From positions 1-50,593 of the forward strand of contig JAGHUO010000005.1 of NCBI GenBank assembly GCA_018064785.1: a stretch of 50,593 nt of DNA, read 5' to 3'. The notes under the pieces were generated by a model that saw nothing but the letters and a program-made list of their open reading frames with translations, had not been told where the DNA came from and did not search any database. Shown one piece after another: positions 45,774-50,593 of the stretch; within the stretch, counting starts at the first letter, position 1, and each line of letters starts with the position of its first letter. A program made the position numbers and the translations under genes. The DNA is from Candidatus Treponema equi (GTDB lineage: Bacteria > Spirochaetota > Spirochaetia > Treponematales > Treponemataceae).

Positions 45774-47273
45774 ATGTCTACACCATTGGAAAATTATCTT
45801 GCATCTTGCGGTAACAAGCCAAATGCCGCAATGTGCGCTTACGTTGCAAACATCCAGCAGGTTGCAGCAGTCGGTCCGGATATCGCAGCTTCAATTGTAA
45901 ATGAACTTGAGAACCAGAGAAGCCACCTTAAGCTCGTAGCTTCTGAGAACTACTGTTCACTTTCAGTTCAGTCTGCAATGGGAAACCTTCTTACTGACAA
46001 GTATGCAGAAGGATATCCTGAGCACAGATACTACGGTGGCTGTGTAAACATCGATGCTGTTGAAAACACTGCAGCCCGTGAAGCAGAAAAACTCTTTGGT
46101 GCAGATTATGCATATGTCCAGCCACACTCTGGCGCAGACACAAACCTTGTTGCTTACTGGGCAATCCTCAGTGCAAAGGTTGAGACACCAACTCTCGAAG
46201 AACTTGGCGTAAAGTCACTCAACGATCTTACAGCTGAACAGTTCGACATGCTCAGGAAGAAGTTCGGAAACCAGAAGCTCATGGGTCTCGACTACTCATG
46301 CGGCGGACACCTTACACACGGTTACAAGATGAATGTTTCTGCTCGTATGTTTGAATCACATCCATACGGCGTAGACGAAAAGACAGGTCTCCTTGACTAC
46401 GATGCAATCGAAAAGCAGGCAATGGAAGTTAAGCCTCTCATCCTTTTGACAGGTTTCTCTGCATACCCACGCAAGATCGACTTCAAGAGATTCCGCCAGA
46501 TTGCAGACAAGTGTGGAGCAGTTCTCATGGTAGACATGGCTCACTTTGCAGGTCTCGTTGCAGGTAAGGTATTCCAGGGCGACTACGATCCAGTAAAATG
46601 GGCTGACATCGTTACAACAACAACACACAAGACACTCCGCGGTCCACGTGGTGCCATGATCCTCTGCAAGAAGGAATACATGGACTATGTAAACAAGGGT
46701 TGTCCAATGGTTCTCGGTGGTCCACTCGGTCACGTTATGGCTGCAAAGGCAATCGCTTTCAAAGAAGCAAATACACCAGCTTACCAGGCATGGGCTTCTC
46801 AGGTTGTAAAGAATGCACAGGCTCTTGCTGAAGCCCTCAAGACATACAACATTCCACTCCAGACAGGCGGAACAGACAACCACCTTATGCTCGCTGACGT
46901 TACAGTCTACGGACTTACAGGAAAGCAGGCAGAAGCTGCAATGTTCGAATGCGGAATCACAGCAAACGCAAATGCTCTTCCATACGACAAGAACGGTGCA
47001 TGGTGGACATCTGGTGTTCGTCTCGGTACTCCAGCCCTTACAACTCTTGGCATGAACGAAGATGACATGAGGGAAGTTGCTTCAATCGTTGACTTCGTCC
47101 TCAAGAACACAAAGCCTGGCCTTACAAAGGAAGGAAAGCCTGCAAAGGGTAAGATCGAAATCAGCGAAGAAACCAAGAAGGCTGCACGCGAAAGAGTAAA
47201 CAAGCTCCTCAGCGCACACGTTCTTTATCCAGAACTTGACCTGGACTTCCTCAAGAAGGAATTCGTAAAATAA
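45774..47273 (+). CDS. glyA: Serine hydroxymethyltransferase (long form)
   Basis: LVASEN, KYAEGYP..RYYGGC, GGHLTHG, DMAHFAGLVA, TTTTHKTLRGPRG (PLP Lys), SGVRLGT; SD AGAGG. Confidence 0.98.
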   Translation: MSTPLENYLASCGNKPNAAMCAYVANIQQVAAVGPDIAASIVNELENQRSHLKLVASENYCSLSVQSAMGNLLTDKYAEGYPEHRYYGGCVNIDAVENTAAREAEKLFGADYAYVQPHSGADTNLVAYWAILSAKVETPTLEELGVKSLNDLTAEQFDMLRKKFGNQKLMGLDYSCGGHLTHGYKMNVSARMFESHPYGVDEKTGLLDYDAIEKQAMEVKPLILLTGFSAYPRKIDFKRFRQIADKCGAVLMVDMAHFAGLVAGKVFQGDYDPVKWADIVTTTTHKTLRGPRGAMILCKKEYMDYVNKGCPMVLGGPLGHVMAAKAIAFKEANTPAYQAWASQVVKNAQALAEALKTYNIPLQTGGTDNHLMLADVTVYGLTGKQAEAAMFECGITANANALPYDKNGAWWTSGVRLGTPALTTLGMNEDDMREVASIVDFVLKNTKPGLTKEGKPAKGKIEISEETKKAARERVNKLLSAHVLYPELDLDFLKKEFVK

Positions 47274-47304
47274 TTGAAGAACTGAAAACATAGGTTTTCT
47301 TATG

Positions 47305-47354
47305 AAACGTCATTGTGAAGTAGTCTTAGGGCATTTCGCAATGGCGTTTTTTTT
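47305..47354 (+). terminator. Intrinsic terminator of glyA
   Basis: AAACGTCATTGTGAAGT/ATTTCGCAATGGCGTTT stem with GU pairs, followed by a T tract. Confidence 0.75.
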
Positions 47355-47405
47355 ATCCTTGTGCGGTCAATTTAAATTCAAGAATTCTGTGTTATAATTT
47401 TATCC

Positions 47406-50400
47406 ATGAAATCAAAAAAGCTTGTATCTCTGACAATTTCTTTGGCATTCTTTTGTCTTGATCTATTCTCACAGAACTTTCCGACGGACTATGTGAGCCA
47501 TGTCTGGACTGCCGCTGACGGCCTTCCTGGAAATACCATTACAGACATCATCCAGACAAAAGATGGTTTTGTTTACATGGGAACCTATGATGGACTTGTA
47601 CGTTTTGACGGAATCAATTTTGACATAATCAACTGGAATACTGTCGAGGGACTTGGATTCAGGTCCGCCCGTGTCGTATTCGAAGATTCTAAAAGAAATC
47701 TCTGGATCGGCTCAAATGATGAAGGCATCACAAGGATCAATGATTCTTCTACATTCAGATACACCACTGAGGACGGTATCCCAAACAATTCGATACGTGG
47801 AATCGTGGAAGACAAGGCAGGCAATATCTGGGTGGGAACCGCCTCGGGCATTGTCTATATAACAACTGACGGCAAGGTGGTAGTTCCGGATGGATTGAAT
47901 TCCATCGACAGGGATCATGTTCTTGTTCAGGCACTCTACTGCGATACTGCAGGACGCATCTGGCTTGCTACATCAATGCAGGGTGGAATCTACTACTATA
48001 GCGAAGGAACTTTCCATAGATATGAGACCCTTGATTATCTGAACAAGCGTCTTGGTGGCTATACGGTTTCTGCCATTGGCCAGGATGACACAGGAAATCT
48101 TCTTTTTGGAATAAGCCACAATGGTGTCGTCATGATCAGAAATGGACAGGAATATGACATGCCTGCCTTGAAGGAAATTCCACAGTGCCTTGTGAACAGG
48201 ATATATCTGGACCGCTCTTCAAACCTTTGGTTCTTGACGGACAAAGGTGTATATCTTCTTCGTAACGGAAAGGTCTCCAAATATACTTCGGAGATGGGTC
48301 TTACGGACAACACCATCAACCAGATCCTGGAGGACCGTGAAGGCAACATATGGTTCGCCACGGACCACGGTGGAGTTGAAAAACTTTCTCTTGGAAAATT
48401 CTATACATACAGAACAAAGTCAGGTGTAAACGCCATCTGCCAGGACCTTGAAGGAAATGTCTGGGTCGGTACAGATGACGGAATCCTTTGCCTACGGAAT
48501 GACGAGGAAGTTCCATGTGAGCTTTCCAGAATGACAAAGGGTGTCCGCATCCGTCACATAGGTCTGGCACGCAACGGAGATCTTCTTGTCAGCGCCTATT
48601 CAAAGTATGGTCAGATAAGAAAGACAAAAGACGGAATAAAGTATTGGACAAGAAAAGATGGTCTTATCGGAGACATGATCCGTGTTTGTACTGATGACAG
48701 AAACGGAAATCTATGGATAGGTTCAACAACAGGACTTTCCTGCATCACGGCTGATGGTTCCATTGTCAACTACAACAGGGAACAGGGCCTTTGCAACGAC
48801 TACATAATGAGCCTTTTCGTCGACTCTTCAAATAAACTCTGGGTCGGTACCGATGGTGGTGGAATCGATGTCATTGAAGATGGAAAAGTAGTTCAGACAT
48901 ACAATACAAAGACAGGACTCAGCGGAAACGTAATATTCAAGATCACTCAGAACGAGAAGGGGATATTCTGGATCTGTACTGGTACTGGAATTTCCCGTTT
49001 TGACGGAACCACCTTTACTTCGTTCAATGCCTCAGATGGTCTTGGTACGGACACGATTTTCCAGATGCTTGCCGACTATACAGAAACAATATGGATGACA
49101 AGCAACCGCGGAATTTCTGCCATCTCAAAAGTAGATTTTGAAAATTATATAAAGGGCGAAAAGAAGACACTTGACCCTAAGTTCTTCACCAAGAATGACG
49201 GACTTAAGACAGGCGGAGTCACATCGACATCACTTTCCATGAGGGACAATCTTGGAAGACTTTACTTCACTCTCATCGATGGCTTTGCCGTTTATGATCC
49301 TATAAAGGCCACATCAAACAAGACCTTGCCAAACGTCCACATTGAATCTTTCCTTGTCAACGGAAAGAAAGTGAAGATCCATGACAACGATTCAATTGTT
49401 CTTCAGCCAGGCGTCAAGAAGATCGATATTGTCTATACTGGCTTGAGTTATGTTTCCTCTGAGCTTGTAAGATTCAAGAACATGCTTGAAGGCTTTGACG
49501 CTGATTTTTCTGACATCACAGCAAGCAGAAGCGTCACCTATACAAACCTTAAGCCTGGTGTCTATAGATTCCTTGTAAACGCTTCAAACAGCGACGGTCT
49601 GTGGAGCAACGAGCCTGCCACATTCATGTTCAGGATAAAGCCTTACATCTATCAGGTTCCTCTTTTCTGGGTGGCCGTTGGTATTGTTATCATTGGCATT
49701 ATTGTTCTTATCATCAAGGTGCGTGAAAAGGCATTGATGGTAAAGCAGCTGCAGCTTGAGACCATGATTCAGATGAAGACTGTTGATCTTGAGATTGAAA
49801 AGGACAATTCTGACAGGCTTCTCAAGAACATACTTCCAGATCCAATTGCGGAACGCCTCAAGGAAAATCAGTTTGGTGATCAGATCATAGCTGATGCATT
49901 CGATGATGTTTCCGTTCTCTTTGCTGATATCGTAGGTTTTACAAAGACGACTTCCAGCCATTCCGCCGAAGAAATCGTCATGGCGTTGAACAGCCTCTTT
50001 ACGAAATTCGATGAACGCGCAAAGAACATGGGTGTCGAGAAAATCAAGACCATCGGTGACTGCTACATGGCCGTATGTGGACTTCCAGAAAAGAGAGAAG
50101 GCAATGCACAGATAATGGTCGACTTTGCACGCGGAATGTACACAGATCTTTTTGAATACAACAAGACTGCCAAGATTCCGTTCCAGATAAGGGTCGGCAT
50201 AAACTGTGGTCCTGTAGTTGCCGGAGTCATCGGCAAGACAAAGTTCATCTATGATCTTTGGGGTGATACGGTGAATGTTGCAAGCCGCATGGAGTCAATC
50301 TGTACTCCAGGACACATCATGGTCACTGAGGCCGTCAAGAACAAAACCATGGCCCATGTGACATTTGATGTTGTGGATGAATATGAGGTCAAGGGCAAAG

Positions 50401-50426
50401 GCAAGATGAAGGCCTTTACTCTATAG
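47406..50426 (+). CDS. Membrane receptor adenylate cyclase: Reg_prop beta-propeller, Y_Y_Y domain, TM, class III cyclase
   Basis: Signal peptide; many D..G.(L/I)W.GT..G repeats; YTNLKPGVYRFLVNASNSDGLWS; TM helix; LFADIVGFT, KIKTIGDCYM, YDLWGDTVNVASRMES. Confidence 0.93.
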   Translation: MKSKKLVSLTISLAFFCLDLFSQNFPTDYVSHVWTAADGLPGNTITDIIQTKDGFVYMGTYDGLVRFDGINFDIINWNTVEGLGFRSARVVFEDSKRNLWIGSNDEGITRINDSSTFRYTTEDGIPNNSIRGIVEDKAGNIWVGTASGIVYITTDGKVVVPDGLNSIDRDHVLVQALYCDTAGRIWLATSMQGGIYYYSEGTFHRYETLDYLNKRLGGYTVSAIGQDDTGNLLFGISHNGVVMIRNGQEYDMPALKEIPQCLVNRIYLDRSSNLWFLTDKGVYLLRNGKVSKYTSEMGLTDNTINQILEDREGNIWFATDHGGVEKLSLGKFYTYRTKSGVNAICQDLEGNVWVGTDDGILCLRNDEEVPCELSRMTKGVRIRHIGLARNGDLLVSAYSKYGQIRKTKDGIKYWTRKDGLIGDMIRVCTDDRNGNLWIGSTTGLSCITADGSIVNYNREQGLCNDYIMSLFVDSSNKLWVGTDGGGIDVIEDGKVVQTYNTKTGLSGNVIFKITQNEKGIFWICTGTGISRFDGTTFTSFNASDGLGTDTIFQMLADYTETIWMTSNRGISAISKVDFENYIKGEKKTLDPKFFTKNDGLKTGGVTSTSLSMRDNLGRLYFTLIDGFAVYDPIKATSNKTLPNVHIESFLVNGKKVKIHDNDSIVLQPGVKKIDIVYTGLSYVSSELVRFKNMLEGFDADFSDITASRSVTYTNLKPGVYRFLVNASNSDGLWSNEPATFMFRIKPYIYQVPLFWVAVGIVIIGIIVLIIKVREKALMVKQLQLETMIQMKTVDLEIEKDNSDRLLKNILPDPIAERLKENQFGDQIIADAFDDVSVLFADIVGFTKTTSSHSAEEIVMALNSLFTKFDERAKNMGVEKIKTIGDCYMAVCGLPEKREGNAQIMVDFARGMYTDLFEYNKTAKIPFQIRVGINCGPVVAGVIGKTKFIYDLWGDTVNVASRMESICTPGHIMVTEAVKNKTMAHVTFDVVDEYEVKGKGKMKAFTL

Positions 50427-50593
50427 TGTAGCAGTCGAAACCTGCTGCCTTCAGTTTTTTACCCATTGTGAGAGAAGAGTTTTCGTCAACGACTACGATG
50501 TAGTAAGTTGTTCCGGAAGCTCTTTTTTCGCTATATACGTATGCGTCAAAATTCTTTGCACGCACTTTGTTGACGAGTTCGTCGGCGTTTTCC
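50416..50593 (-). CDS. 3' end of a probable SPOR-domain protein (partial)
   Basis: My translation ...ENADELVNKVRAKNFDAYVYSEKRASGTTYYIVVVDEN...KLKAAGFDCYTIE* matches the SPOR pattern; overlaps the cyclase stop by 11 bp. Confidence 0.65.
   Translation of the reverse strand, partial: ENADELVNKVRAKNFDAYVYSEKRASGTTYYIVVVDENSSLTMGKKLKAAGFDCYTIE

Noticed and set aside
46160-46290. Insertion in GlyA relative to the E. coli enzyme (possible intein or novel domain)
   Set aside because: Short helical insert with no intein motifs; long-form GlyA of this kind is, to my knowledge, already known in treponemes and chlamydiae
1-50593. Mobile element, prophage or genomic island
   Set aside because: No transposase, integrase, phage structural gene, tRNA attachment site or flanking repeats recognised

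Overview
Gene-dense 50.6 kb chromosomal segment. It most likely comes from a gut or rumen Treponema-type spirochete; this is inferred from the PilZ / DUF192 / cNMP-binding / murB / cysS / ECF sigma / anti-sigma neighbourhood, an archaeal-type PyrH and a long-form GlyA. About 45 CDS are present. Housekeeping genes: aroA, potABCD, murB, cysS, pyrH, valS, glyA, a TrmH methylase. Glycan and cell-wall genes: a probable GH149 beta-1,3-glucan phosphorylase with a LacI-type operator, GH73, SLT, GerMN, SPOR. Nucleotide-signalling genes: PilZ, a tandem cNMP-binding regulator, HD-GYP, two GGDEF proteins, a small alarmone hydrolase and a class III adenylate cyclase. I found no rRNA, tRNA, CRISPR array, transposase, integrase or prophage gene. 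The most notable observations are: (1) a tandem structured non-coding repeat between ykgJ and glyA whose closing stems covary; (2) putative glycan-sensing receptors wired to second messengers (CBM2-like/HD-GYP and beta-propeller-Y_Y_Y/adenylate cyclase); (3) at least ten apparently leaderless genes, including a divergent aroA/PAP2 pair that shares one palindromic -35 hexamer; (4) apparent pseudo-enzymes (a Cys-to-Ala transglutaminase-like protein and a miniature GH5-like protein). All family assignments come from motif recognition by eye, not from database searches.
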